Position numbers and translations under genes: made by a program. Positions 1-8,736 of a stretch of 64,000 bases of DNA are shown here, piece after piece. The stretch lies in the IMG/VR virus record IMGVR_UViG_3300044846_003573; one strand, 5' to 3'. The notes under the pieces are model-generated. The model worked only from the letters and a program-made list of their open reading frames with translations, did not search any database and was not told the DNA's origin. Position 1 is the first letter of the stretch. Every line of letters begins with the position of its first letter. The stretch is from a virus. Taxonomy: Duplodnaviria > Caudoviricetes.

Positions 1-50
1 ATTCAACCCAAAACCTTTCATATCATTTAGAATAAACTCATACGAAGATA

Positions 51-509
51 TTGAAAATGGAACAGAAAAATTCGTTAACTATTGAGTTAACCAAACAAGA
101 CGTTGAAGACTTCAATTCATTCTGTAAGATTAATGAAATAACCGACCCTAATGGTTTTGTTAAACTATGTTTCCGTAAAGGATACTATATTGAAAAATAT
201 GGTTTATTGAATCAGGGTAATCTTCCTGAGGTTATTGACAGAGAATTTGAAAAGGAAGTTATTGTTGAAGATAACTCAAAGATTGAAGAACTACAAAATG
301 AAATTTACATTCTTAAAGGTAAATTGGAAGATAAAAAGGAAGTGGAATGTGGTAAACTACAAGAAACCCTTTTTGAACTAAACAGACAATTAAGTGATAA
401 AAATAACACAATAAAAGAATTAACAAGAAAGGTGAATGAGCTTGAAGATATGACAAAAACTTCTTATGCTTTCTACCTACAGAATTCAAACTTAAAAAAC
501 AGAATATGA
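51..509 (+). CDS. hypothetical coiled-coil protein
   Basis: ORF track; heptad-rich C-terminal half. Confidence 0.7.
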   Translation: MKMEQKNSLTIELTKQDVEDFNSFCKINEITDPNGFVKLCFRKGYYIEKYGLLNQGNLPEVIDREFEKEVIVEDNSKIEELQNEIYILKGKLEDKKEVECGKLQETLFELNRQLSDKNNTIKELTRKVNELEDMTKTSYAFYLQNSNLKNRI

Positions 510-856
510 CACAGTTAGTATTATTTATGATTTTAGCCTACGGGTTTTCAACAATTATGGTTTATGGAACCATCTTCAAAGGAATGAGAGATTTCATCAA
601 AGCTTATGGAAACTCCGATTTAATTTTTTCAAACACATTCAATTTCATTTCAGGTATTTTATCCTGTATGATGTGTTGTTCCACTTGGATAGGGTTCTTC
701 TTAGGAACAGTTTTATTCTCACCGACTTATCAGTTTTTCGGAACAAGTCCATACATTTCATGGTTCTTTGATGGGTTATTCGCGTCAGGAGCGGTATGGG
801 CAATCAACGCTTTCATTGAATGGTTTGAAGTAAACCGACCAGCTAAAATAGATTAA
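506..856 (+). CDS. small multi-pass membrane protein
   Basis: 3 hydrophobic segments; overlaps previous stop (ATGA). Confidence 0.7.
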   Translation: MTQLVLFMILAYGFSTIMVYGTIFKGMRDFIKAYGNSDLIFSNTFNFISGILSCMMCCSTWIGFFLGTVLFSPTYQFFGTSPYISWFFDGLFASGAVWAINAFIEWFEVNRPAKID

Positions 857-876
857 TTTAAAAACCAAATAAATAT

Positions 877-1059
877 ATGCCAAAGTCAAGATTAAGACCA
901 AACCACAAGCAGAAGGTTGCTGCGTGGAAATTAAAAAACGCTCATGCTGAAAGACGCTACCAAAGAACAATGTCAGATTTGTTTGAAAAGATGAGACAAA
1001 CAGCTTCTGAAAAGACAGAAGAAGTAGAAACAAATGAACCTGTTCAGCCCGCAAATTAA
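877..1059 (+). CDS. small basic hypothetical protein
   Basis: ORF with A-rich start context. Confidence 0.6.
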   Translation: MPKSRLRPNHKQKVAAWKLKNAHAERRYQRTMSDLFEKMRQTASEKTEEVETNEPVQPAN

Positions 1060-1075
1060 TTTCACAAAAGTTAGA

Positions 1076-3403
1076 ATGATAAAAGATTTAGATTTTTCAA
1101 AACTTGAAAATCCTTACGTACAAGTAGTATGGGAAGATACCCCAGAGAATTTTACACAAGAAAAGTTAAAAAGTGTGAAAGCGTACTTTCAAAAAAAGTA
1201 TTCAACTACAAGCGTAAATGTTATTACCAAGTTAAAGAAAACAGAAGAGGTACAAGACAATGTTGATGTTACTATCAACATTATGGACGAGAACTATCAA
1301 CACGATTTGATTAAGTCCATCCTTCAATCTAAATCCCAAGAAAACCTTTACGAAGATATACTGAAGATTGACTCAGCGGTAAATAATAAGATGATTGCCG
1401 AACAAGATGAGATTGCTTCATTTAAGAAGTGGTATATTAAGAAGATTGAGTTTTCTAACTTTCTATCTTATGGTGAAAACCAACATATAAACTTTGAAAA
1501 GTTGGGTGGGATTACTGTAATTGAATCAGACCCACCTAACTTTGGAGGTAAAACTGTGTTGTCTGTGGATTTGTTGATGTTCTTGTTTTTTAATACAACA
1601 ACAAAGACAAACAAAGCTGAAGAAATATTTAACAGATATTCTGACAAAGATAAAGTATCTGTTAGAGGGGAAATTGTTATTGATGGTGAAGATTACATTA
1701 TTGTTCGTGAACTTGAACGTAAGAAATCTAAGTCAGGTGATTGGAATGTTAAAACAGAATTAGACTTCTTTAAGAAGTTTCCTGATGGTTCATTGGTTAA
1801 ATTTACAGGTGAACAACGACGTGAAACTGAAAAGTTTATTAAGACATCAATTGGAAGTTATGAAGACTTCTTGATGACGATATTAACCACTGGTACTAAC
1901 CTTGAGGACTTGTTGGAAGCAAAACCAACAGCTCGTGGACAAGTCTTATCAAGATTTTTAGGTTTAGATTTTCTTAAAAGAAAAGAAGAGACTGGTAAAG
2001 AAATCTATTCAGAGTTCTCCAAGTCAATGATTTCAAACATTTACAATACTGAAACATTGAAGAATGAGAACGAAGAACTATTGGTTAAAAACCAAGAGTT
2101 TGATAAGAATATTGTAGAAAGTGAAGTTAAAATTGAAGATGTTAAGGGTAGGATTGTTAAAGGACAAGAATATCGTGATAACCTTTTAAAATCAAAGGTT
2201 GTTGTTGATAGAGAAATTTCATTACTTAATCCTGACAATACAAAGAAAGAAGTGGGAAACTTTGAACACCAAATCAAACAGAATGTTCAGTTAAGAGATG
2301 GTGTTAAGATTGTTGAACCTTCAGAGTTTTATTATGAAAATGAACATGATAAGGTTAAGGAAGAGTACCAAAAGACTTACAAACAAAAGGTTGAGTTAGA
2401 TACTAACATATCATCCATCCAAAAATTAAAGAGTTCAGTAAGTGGTGGAATTAAGTGTGAACATTGTGGCATTGAACTTATGAACGCAACAATTACACAA
2501 TCAAGAATTGCGGAACTTGACGGACTTATCGGGCAAAAAACCAAGATTGAGGGGTTAATACAAGAATTATCGGACAAAGAACAAGGTTTTGTTAAACTTA
2601 AAAAAGACTTTGACGAGTACGAAAGAAACAAACTTGTCTATGAAAAATACCAAGCAACAATTGAAAACTTTGAATTGAAGAAAGAAAGTTTGTTAGATAA
2701 GTTAAAAAGATATGATGATGTACAAGATGTAATCAAATCTAACGAACAAATTGAAAGTCAAATCATTAAGGCTAACTTACGATTGGAAGATTTAAAACGA
2801 GAGGAACAACTTGTCCAACAGGAAGTGACCAATTCAAGATTTAAGATAACTAATAATCTTGAAAAGATTAATTCTAATAACAACTTAATTATTAAAATTT
2901 CTGAGGAACAACAAAAGGAAGTTAAGTATAAAGTTTATTTAGAGTTGTTTGGCAAGAACGGTATCTCAAAAAGAATTATGAAGAGTATGATGCCTTTGAT
3001 TAACTCCGAACTTCAACGACTATTACAGGATTCTTGTTACTTCAGATTGGAAATTCGTATTAGTGAAAAGAATGAGGTAGAATTTTGGATGATAGACAAT
3101 AATACTCAAATTGAAAAGTTAATGACTTCAGGTTCGGGATATGAGAAGACAATTGCTTCACTGGCACTAAGAGCGGTGATGGCTAAAGTGTGTTCATTAC
3201 CTAAACCAAATATTACAGTATTTGATGAGGTGTTCGGTAAGATTTCTAATGATAACTTGGAAATGGTTTATGAGTTCTTTATTAAGATTAAAGAATACTT
3301 TGAAAACATACTTGTTATTACTCACAACCCTATGATTTCAAACTGGTCTGATAACATTATCAAGATTACGAAAACTGACAACATTTCTAAAGTTTCACAT
3401 TAA
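1076..3403 (+). CDS. sbcC: SbcC/Rad50/T4 gp46-like recombination ATPase with N-terminal extension
   Basis: IEFSNFLSYG, Walker A NFGGKT, coiled coil with CEHCG zinc hook, signature SGSGYE, Walker B VFDEVFG, H-loop ITH. Confidence 0.9.
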   Translation: MIKDLDFSKLENPYVQVVWEDTPENFTQEKLKSVKAYFQKKYSTTSVNVITKLKKTEEVQDNVDVTINIMDENYQHDLIKSILQSKSQENLYEDILKIDSAVNNKMIAEQDEIASFKKWYIKKIEFSNFLSYGENQHINFEKLGGITVIESDPPNFGGKTVLSVDLLMFLFFNTTTKTNKAEEIFNRYSDKDKVSVRGEIVIDGEDYIIVRELERKKSKSGDWNVKTELDFFKKFPDGSLVKFTGEQRRETEKFIKTSIGSYEDFLMTILTTGTNLEDLLEAKPTARGQVLSRFLGLDFLKRKEETGKEIYSEFSKSMISNIYNTETLKNENEELLVKNQEFDKNIVESEVKIEDVKGRIVKGQEYRDNLLKSKVVVDREISLLNPDNTKKEVGNFEHQIKQNVQLRDGVKIVEPSEFYYENEHDKVKEEYQKTYKQKVELDTNISSIQKLKSSVSGGIKCEHCGIELMNATITQSRIAELDGLIGQKTKIEGLIQELSDKEQGFVKLKKDFDEYERNKLVYEKYQATIENFELKKESLLDKLKRYDDVQDVIKSNEQIESQIIKANLRLEDLKREEQLVQQEVTNSRFKITNNLEKINSNNNLIIKISEEQQKEVKYKVYLELFGKNGISKRIMKSMMPLINSELQRLLQDSCYFRLEIRISEKNEVEFWMIDNNTQIEKLMTSGSGYEKTIASLALRAVMAKVCSLPKPNITVFDEVFGKISNDNLEMVYEFFIKIKEYFENILVITHNPMISNWSDNIIKITKTDNISKVSH

Positions 3404-3404
3404 G

Positions 3405-3435
3405 TTTGGTAAATTAAAAAATTGTATTATCTTTG
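3405..3435 (+). promoter_or_regulatory. Bacteroidota-type promoter (-33 TTTG / -7 TAnnTTTG)
   Basis: tttgg...tatctttg upstream of 3443 ATG; the same arrangement recurs at ~27257, ~46495, ~60424, ~61078. Confidence 0.65.
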
Positions 3436-3442
3436 TAAGACT

Positions 3443-3997
3443 ATGATTATGAATTATATATTATTTGCATTCGGGGAATATAAAGAAAACCCACAGGCTT
3501 TAAACCTTTTAACTGAAACGGTATCACAAATATCAAAAGGTGATATAAAATTCCAACATGGAGACAGTGGTGTCATAATAACATTTGGCACGAAGTTGGA
3601 TTGGGAAGATATAGACGACTATATGAAAAAAAATATTGTTAAATTAACGGCAATGTATTTTGTTTTCCCTATTGAATCTGACATGATATATTCTATGGAC
3701 GAAGATATTAAAAAACATTTGTTTGAAAACACTGACATTTTGACAGAAAATGAAGAATTAAATCAGACTAGATACGTAAGTGATAATACAGGAGTTCCTG
3801 AATTTTTAAAGGGTATACATATTCACAGGGGTAGTCCTTTTGATGATATTCTTAAAATTCTTAATGAAGAAGTTATTCAAGATGTACCAGTTATGACACT
3901 TAATGATTTATTGGATAAGATAAAAGAAAAAGGTATAGATAGTTTGTCAGAAATTCAGTTAAAACAATTAGAAATTTACTCAAAACAAATAATATGA
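3443..3997 (+). CDS. hypothetical protein
   Basis: ORF; C-terminal LNDLLDKIKEKGIDSLS helix motif. Confidence 0.7.
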   Translation: MIMNYILFAFGEYKENPQALNLLTETVSQISKGDIKFQHGDSGVIITFGTKLDWEDIDDYMKKNIVKLTAMYFVFPIESDMIYSMDEDIKKHLFENTDILTENEELNQTRYVSDNTGVPEFLKGIHIHRGSPFDDILKILNEEVIQDVPVMTLNDLLDKIKEKGIDSLSEIQLKQLEIYSKQII

Positions 3998-4794
3998 TGG
4001 AAAAAAACCAAGTTATCCCGATTAATCAAGACGAAGTACAAATCTACCTTAAAGAACTTAGACGTATTAAGGTAATGACTCCTGAAAGAGAAAGGGAACT
4101 GTCGGCTAAGATGCAAACCCCCGAAACATCTGATAGTGAAAAGGCACGTATTTGTAAAGAATTGTTAGAGGGTAACCTACGATTTGTCATCACTGTTGCT
4201 AAACAGTATCAGGGACAAGGTGTTGATTTCAGTGATTTAGTTGCGGAAGGGAATATCGGACTTATGAAAGCTATTCAAAGTTTTGATTGGACAAAGAACC
4301 TTCGTTTTATATCATACGCAGTGTGGTGGATTAGACAATCTATTCTACAGTCTTTGAACGAACACTCAAGAACAATCCGTATCCCTGTGAATGTTATTCA
4401 AGACCTATATAAAGAGAAGAAACGAACAGACAAGACAGGTGAGAGAATTGATGACCGATTTGCTAATCTACCATCAACAATTAACCTACAAACTCAGATT
4501 AATGAAGATGGTGATACACTGATTGATTTGATTGTAAACAAAGACAGTGATATGCCTGATGAGGTATTCAATAATGGAGAACAACTTAAAGACGGATTAT
4601 TCAACATCATGAATATTTTGGATGAACGTGAAAGACAGATTATTGAAGACTACTATGGTATCTCAGGTACCCCAAGAACACTTGAAGATATAGGTTCAGA
4701 TTTCAGTTTAACTAAAGAAAGAGTTAGACAAATCAAAGAAAAAGCTCTTCGTAAGTTACGTAATGAGAGTGTTACCTTGTTCGATTATATGTAA
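3994..4794 (+). CDS. RNA polymerase sigma-70 family factor (Bacteroidota RpoD-like, no region 1.1)
   Basis: region 1.2 YLKELRR, region 2 NLRFVITVAKQY...DLVAEGNIGLMKA...FISYAVWWIRQSI, region 4 TLEDIG..FSLTKERVRQIKEKALRKL. Confidence 0.95.
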   Translation: MMEKNQVIPINQDEVQIYLKELRRIKVMTPERERELSAKMQTPETSDSEKARICKELLEGNLRFVITVAKQYQGQGVDFSDLVAEGNIGLMKAIQSFDWTKNLRFISYAVWWIRQSILQSLNEHSRTIRIPVNVIQDLYKEKKRTDKTGERIDDRFANLPSTINLQTQINEDGDTLIDLIVNKDSDMPDEVFNNGEQLKDGLFNIMNILDERERQIIEDYYGISGTPRTLEDIGSDFSLTKERVRQIKEKALRKLRNESVTLFDYM

Positions 4795-4844
4795 TCAACT
4801 ATTTATTGTTATAAATTTAATTTTAAATTAGATAAAAAAACATT

Positions 4845-5123
4845 ATGGAAAAATTACAGAAATACTTTATTCCCGCGATTTTGGTAATCGTATTATTATC
4901 CTTCTTTAAAGGATGTGGAACCTCAACCCAAGTTAAAACGACTGAAAAACAGGTTGAGTTATTAACAAAGAAAGTTGACTCTTTAAGTACTATCGTAGTA
5001 TCTCAAGATAAACTAATTACTATCATTAAAGAAACTCCAAGTTGGAAGACTTTAGAAATTGAAGAATTGTCGGATAAGAACCATATGCCCATAAACCATT
5101 ACAAGAATGAGTTGGGACAATGA
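4845..5123 (+). CDS. putative lipoprotein/membrane-anchored coiled-coil protein
   Basis: hydrophobic N-terminus ending FFKGC; preceded by TATTTAT motif. Confidence 0.6.
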   Translation: MEKLQKYFIPAILVIVLLSFFKGCGTSTQVKTTEKQVELLTKKVDSLSTIVVSQDKLITIIKETPSWKTLEIEELSDKNHMPINHYKNELGQ

Positions 5124-6061
5124 AAAATTGGTTTAGTAGAAATTTAACAAACATAATTTCTTTAGCCTTTGTTATTCCAATACTACTCGTAGCGTTTGTG
5201 TCAATATCACACGTTACGAGTTTTTATGGTTTATCTAATCCTTTTACTTGGGCTATATATCTTTCAGTAGGTATTGAAATTGCAGCATTATCAGCCTTGG
5301 CAGCTGTGTCAGTTAACATGGGTAGATTTGTTTATTTCCCATTTATTATCGTAACATTTATTCAAATGTTGGGAAACATATTCTTCTCATTTACATACAT
5401 TGATGAAACATCACAGACATTCCAAGATTGGATTTCAATGGTTGGTGGATTACTTGAGAATATGGGTATTGAGAAGACTGATTTAAATACTCACAAGACG
5501 GTACTTGCGTTTTTAACTGGCGGATTACTACCAATCATCTCTCTTACATTTGCCCACATGTTGGTTAAGTTTACTGAAAAGAATAAAGAAGTAGTTGAAG
5601 ATGATAAAACAGATTTAACTGAGGAGGACATTCAAAAAATTATTGAATTACAGGTTGAAGAAAAAGAAAAAGAAAAGTGGACACCTTCTAATGAAGATTT
5701 GGAAAAGTTAGAAAAAATATTACAAAATAATCATCCTGTTAAATTAGATGTTGAACATAAACCTTACACTCCGTCAGAAGAAGATTTACGTAAAATTGAA
5801 GAAGTTTTAAATGGGTATACTGAAATTGTTGAAGAAAATATTAATGATAACAATGAGGTAATAACTGAAGACATTGTTGAGGAATCTGTGGAAGAAGTTA
5901 AACCGATTACTGAAGAAAGTCAGTATGACAATACTGTTTACATGGGATTACTTAAAAAAGAGGAAGATATACAACCTGAGGAGGTTGAAAAAAAAAATGA
6001 TATACTCACCGAAACAGGTGAAGATTACAAGGTTTTAAACTACAGAAAAAGGGATGCTTAA
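5120..6061 (+). CDS. membrane protein, 4 TM plus acidic tail
   Basis: hydrophobic N-half; internal repeat WTPSNEDLEK/YTPSEEDLRK. Confidence 0.7.
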   Translation: MKNWFSRNLTNIISLAFVIPILLVAFVSISHVTSFYGLSNPFTWAIYLSVGIEIAALSALAAVSVNMGRFVYFPFIIVTFIQMLGNIFFSFTYIDETSQTFQDWISMVGGLLENMGIEKTDLNTHKTVLAFLTGGLLPIISLTFAHMLVKFTEKNKEVVEDDKTDLTEEDIQKIIELQVEEKEKEKWTPSNEDLEKLEKILQNNHPVKLDVEHKPYTPSEEDLRKIEEVLNGYTEIVEENINDNNEVITEDIVEESVEEVKPITEESQYDNTVYMGLLKKEEDIQPEEVEKKNDILTETGEDYKVLNYRKRDA

Positions 6062-6656
6062 TATTAAAAAATATGGAAAGTTTCCTAAATTTGAAAAAAA
6101 TAAGAAAAAAAAACAAATAATCCTTTGTCATAGTTTTCGTCCTGCTGAAAATTTTCTTAATTCATTAAAATATCGTAAAAATGGTTCTTACGATAAAATA
6201 CCAAACTATTTTATAACAAAAGAAGGGAATATTTTAAATCTAATTTCAGATGATAGTTATACTAACTATTTTGACGACCAAGAGGTAAATCGAAATTCTA
6301 TAATAATTTGTTTAGAAAATCTTGGATGGTTACAAAAAACACCATTAGGTTTATCGTATTCTAATTGGATTGGAGATATTTATAGTAAATCTATTTTTCA
6401 AAAAAAATGGAAGGATAAAATATATTGGGAACCATATAGTGAAGAACAATTAAATTCACTAATTGAACTCTCAAAAAAATTACTTGTAAAGTTTTCAATA
6501 GATAACAAGTTTATTGGACATAATACAAAAGTTGATGGTGTTAAATTATTCAACGGTATTGTATGTAGAAGTAATTATAATAGTAGATATACTGATATAA
6601 GTCCGGCATTTGATTATGAAAAATTTAAAAATTTAATAGAAAATGATGAGAGATAA
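6054..6656 (+). CDS. N-acetylmuramoyl-L-alanine amidase (amidase_2-like)
   Basis: IILCHS, YFITKEG, SIIICLEN, FIGHN motifs typical of T7-lysozyme/AmpD fold. Confidence 0.7.
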   Translation: MLNIKKYGKFPKFEKNKKKKQIILCHSFRPAENFLNSLKYRKNGSYDKIPNYFITKEGNILNLISDDSYTNYFDDQEVNRNSIIICLENLGWLQKTPLGLSYSNWIGDIYSKSIFQKKWKDKIYWEPYSEEQLNSLIELSKKLLVKFSIDNKFIGHNTKVDGVKLFNGIVCRSNYNSRYTDISPAFDYEKFKNLIENDER

Positions 6657-7254
6657 CCAAGACATTAAAGACCAAATCAAAAAAATGAGAGATTTGGTGA
6701 ATAGCAATAATTCTATTGTTAAAGAACATATCCAAGAGATAAAAAAAACTTACTTGTTTGAACAATCTGAACGACCTGAAGTTGATACAATTGCTACGAA
6801 GTATAATGTACCAACCGCAGTTGAAGATGATATACAAGATGATGAAGAGAAAAAAAATGAAATTGAACAAGGTTATAGAATTTCAGGTGGTATTTTAACT
6901 ATACATGGAAAAGATAGAAAAGATGTTGAATTAACAACTGATGATAAGAAAGCTTTCCAAGAAACTATGGATGAATTTGTTTCGGAAGTGTCAGATTTAG
7001 TTAACTTTAATCAATTAAATGTTTACCAAAACAACGTTGATTGGAGTGGTAAAATTGTTGATTTTGACATTGAATTCTATTTCACTATTGGTGAAAATAA
7101 CGGATTATATATTAGTGGTGATATGGTAAAGGTTGATGAGAACTTTACTGAGGCTATCAGTAAACTAAAAACCTATTATGAGAAGTTCAAATCTAAATGG
7201 GCTAAAATAATTGCTAGTAGAAAGAAAACAAAACCTGATACAAATGAACAATAA
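6643..7254 (+). CDS. hypothetical (possible virion) protein
   Basis: ORF track. Confidence 0.7.
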   Translation: MMRDNQDIKDQIKKMRDLVNSNNSIVKEHIQEIKKTYLFEQSERPEVDTIATKYNVPTAVEDDIQDDEEKKNEIEQGYRISGGILTIHGKDRKDVELTTDDKKAFQETMDEFVSEVSDLVNFNQLNVYQNNVDWSGKIVDFDIEFYFTIGENNGLYISGDMVKVDENFTEAISKLKTYYEKFKSKWAKIIASRKKTKPDTNEQ

Positions 7255-7588
7255 GAATAATATAATTGGAATTTTATTTTTAATTATTATTGGTTTGTTT
7301 GTGTGCAATATTATTACAACAAACCAAATTAAAACTGATGTTGAAAAATATCAAACGTCAATTGATAGTATCCAAACAAAGATTGACTCGGTATCAATTT
7401 TAAATAAAGAATTGGATAATAAATTAGCGGAACTTGATACAAATATATTAGAAATAACTCAAGAAATACAATTGGTTGATAACAACATAAACGTAATTAA
7501 AAAGAAAACAAATGAAAAAGTTGCTTCTGTTGATAATCTCGGTAATGATGACCTTCAACATTTTTTCACAGACAAATACGGTAAGTAA
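7244..7588 (+). CDS. N-terminally anchored coiled-coil protein (i-spanin-like)
   Basis: single N-terminal TM followed by heptad repeat. Confidence 0.5.
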   Translation: MNNKNNIIGILFLIIIGLFVCNIITTNQIKTDVEKYQTSIDSIQTKIDSVSILNKELDNKLAELDTNILEITQEIQLVDNNINVIKKKTNEKVASVDNLGNDDLQHFFTDKYGK

Positions 7589-7934
7589 AGATACTACTAA
7601 GGTTGTTATCAGTTCTGAAGTAGCTAGAAAGATTGCTAAAGATTTGATTAGGTTGGATGGTTGTATTGAAGAAAACCAGCAATTATATTCTAAAATCTCT
7701 TTATTGGAAAAGAGGGAAGGTGATAAAGATAAGAAAATTGAAATTTTAGAAGAAAAAGATAAAAACAATCAAATTATTATTGGTGAGAAAGACAAACAAA
7801 TTGGTTTATATGTTAATATGACTGATGACTTAAAAGATGAGATTAAAACCAATAACGATAAAACTAAATGGTGGAAAGTCGGAACCTATGCGGGTGGAGG
7901 ATTAACACTTTTATTATTAATACTTGCTTTTTAA
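7512..7934 (+). CDS. signal peptide, coiled coil and C-terminal TM protein (spanin-like)
   Basis: MKKLLLLIISVMM signal, C-terminal hydrophobic tail, overlaps the previous gene. Confidence 0.5.
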   Translation: MKKLLLLIISVMMTFNIFSQTNTVSKDTTKVVISSEVARKIAKDLIRLDGCIEENQQLYSKISLLEKREGDKDKKIEILEEKDKNNQIIIGEKDKQIGLYVNMTDDLKDEIKTNNDKTKWWKVGTYAGGGLTLLLLILAF

Positions 7935-7935
7935 A

Positions 7936-8178
7936 ATGGCATTTAACCAAACTGAAAAAAACGAAATTGAAAAAATTGTTAAATCTGAAATTAAAAGTTT
8001 TTTAGATTCACAAACTGTTAAGCAATTTGAAAATAAAATGTTAGATTTAATTGCTAAAGAAATTGAAAGAGGTAAATTAGAAAAAAACATAAGAGAATTG
8101 GTTGTTAAATCATTCAGAGATTTCTATGAATATATGTGGATGAATAGAAGTACTTGGGAAACAAAATTAAAAAGATAA
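7936..8178 (+). CDS. hypothetical protein
   Basis: ORF track. Confidence 0.65.
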   Translation: MAFNQTEKNEIEKIVKSEIKSFLDSQTVKQFENKMLDLIAKEIERGKLEKNIRELVVKSFRDFYEYMWMNRSTWETKLKR

Positions 8179-8183
8179 TAGAA

Positions 8184-8705
8184 ATGGAAAACTTGAAACA
8201 AAATTTAATGAAGGCGATTAAGTCAAATTATACGACAAAAGATTCGGATTCAGTTCGAGATTTCAATAAATTCTCAGAAGAACTGAGTGAAAAAAAAGAA
8301 GAAAATACTGAAGCAACTGGTGCCGGAAGTGCTGGTGGTTTTGAAAGTCCTTTATTTGGGGGTAAAATGGAAGAAGAAAATTCTGATGACATTAAAAAAG
8401 TTGAGGCAACTGAAGCAACAGGGGCGTCTTCTGCTGGACAATATTCAGGCCCATCATTCTTAGCAAAATCCCAAAGTAAAAAAGATTGGAGAGGTGCCGC
8501 AAAACCTTTGTATAAGGGTGGTAAGTTTGTTAAAATTAAAAAGAAATGTTTAAAATACCCATACTGTAATCAAGGGGATATTAACGCTTTAAAATTAACT
8601 GAATTAGATATTTTTGAAAGTTTACTTGAAAAATTATCAAAGGAATATCAGATTGATAAAAATATTTTAAGTAAAATAATTAAAGAAGATATTTTAAAAA
8701 ACTAA
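8184..8705 (+). CDS. hypothetical protein with repeated TEATGAxSAG motif
   Basis: two copies of TEATGA(G/S)SAG; CxxYPYC. Confidence 0.7.
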   Translation: MENLKQNLMKAIKSNYTTKDSDSVRDFNKFSEELSEKKEENTEATGAGSAGGFESPLFGGKMEEENSDDIKKVEATEATGASSAGQYSGPSFLAKSQSKKDWRGAAKPLYKGGKFVKIKKKCLKYPYCNQGDINALKLTELDIFESLLEKLSKEYQIDKNILSKIIKEDILKN

Positions 8706-8736
8706 ATTAATTAAGTATTTATATATAAAAACATAA

